Positions 34,382 through 34,474 of a DNA stretch of 34,474 bases are shown here, in pieces. This DNA comes from Candidatus Dojkabacteria bacterium (GTDB lineage: Bacteria > Patescibacteriota > Dojkabacteria > SC72), in contig JAQWFF010000002.1 in the NCBI GenBank assembly GCA_028704525.1, positions 1-34,474 of the forward strand. Direction: 5' to 3'. Numbering within the stretch: position 1 is the stretch's first letter; every line of letters starts with the position of its first letter. The translations under genes were made by a program, and so were the position numbers. The notes beneath the pieces were generated by a model. The model was not told the origin of the DNA and did not search any database. It saw only the letters and a program-made list of their open reading frames with translations.

Positions 34382-34474
34382 AGTTTAAAGTATATCATCT
34401 CAAGTTTCCTGTTTATAGATTGAATTAAGTATTAGATTTAATCTTTATATTTAAATCTTCTCCCTTGAGAAAGA

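Overview
AT-rich bacterial window. TsaC/TsaE/TsaD, enolase, thioredoxin and a GGDEF protein mark it as bacterial. The small genes and many leaderless-type promoters suggest a small-genome CPR/Patescibacteria-like organism, but that is inference only. A housekeeping core of about 5 kb (17.95-22.9 kb) holds GGDEF, trxA, a tsaC-tsaE fusion, tsaD and eno. It is bounded by tRNA-Asp(GTC) on the minus strand and by tRNA-Leu(GAG) plus tRNA-Val(TAC) on the plus strand. Accessory DNA extends outward from the 3' end of each bounding tRNA. In both directions it is cut into modules by direct repeats that look like decayed copies of a tRNA 3' end (CCA, acceptor, T-loop) fused to an outward promoter-like segment ([CT]TAAAA-N17-TATAA[TA]). 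On the right, a large serine recombinase ORF ends inside tRNA-Val. It is followed by a satellite/prophage-like segment: FtsK-gamma wHTH protein, small terminase without a large terminase, Mrr-type nuclease fusion, NYN protein and UDG-like proteins. Four tandem one-gene modules follow (UDG-like, radical SAM, HD, NlpC/P60-like), each separated by a tRNA-Val-like repeat. On the left, at least seven tRNA-like repeats separate modules. These include an iron/cobalamin-type ABC importer with an Erm-like methyltransferase, two single-gene radical SAM modules, and a tightly coupled operon. The operon encodes an S66 LD-carboxypeptidase (MccF/LdcA family), a stand-alone AlaRS-catalytic-domain homolog, a SAM methyltransferase and two dCTP-deaminase paralogs, one lacking the catalytic Glu. 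Other candidates are a four-hairpin structured RNA at 25.21-25.34 kb and a promoter-leader-terminator unit at 29.00-29.10 kb. All function calls rest on motifs read by eye; no database search was possible.
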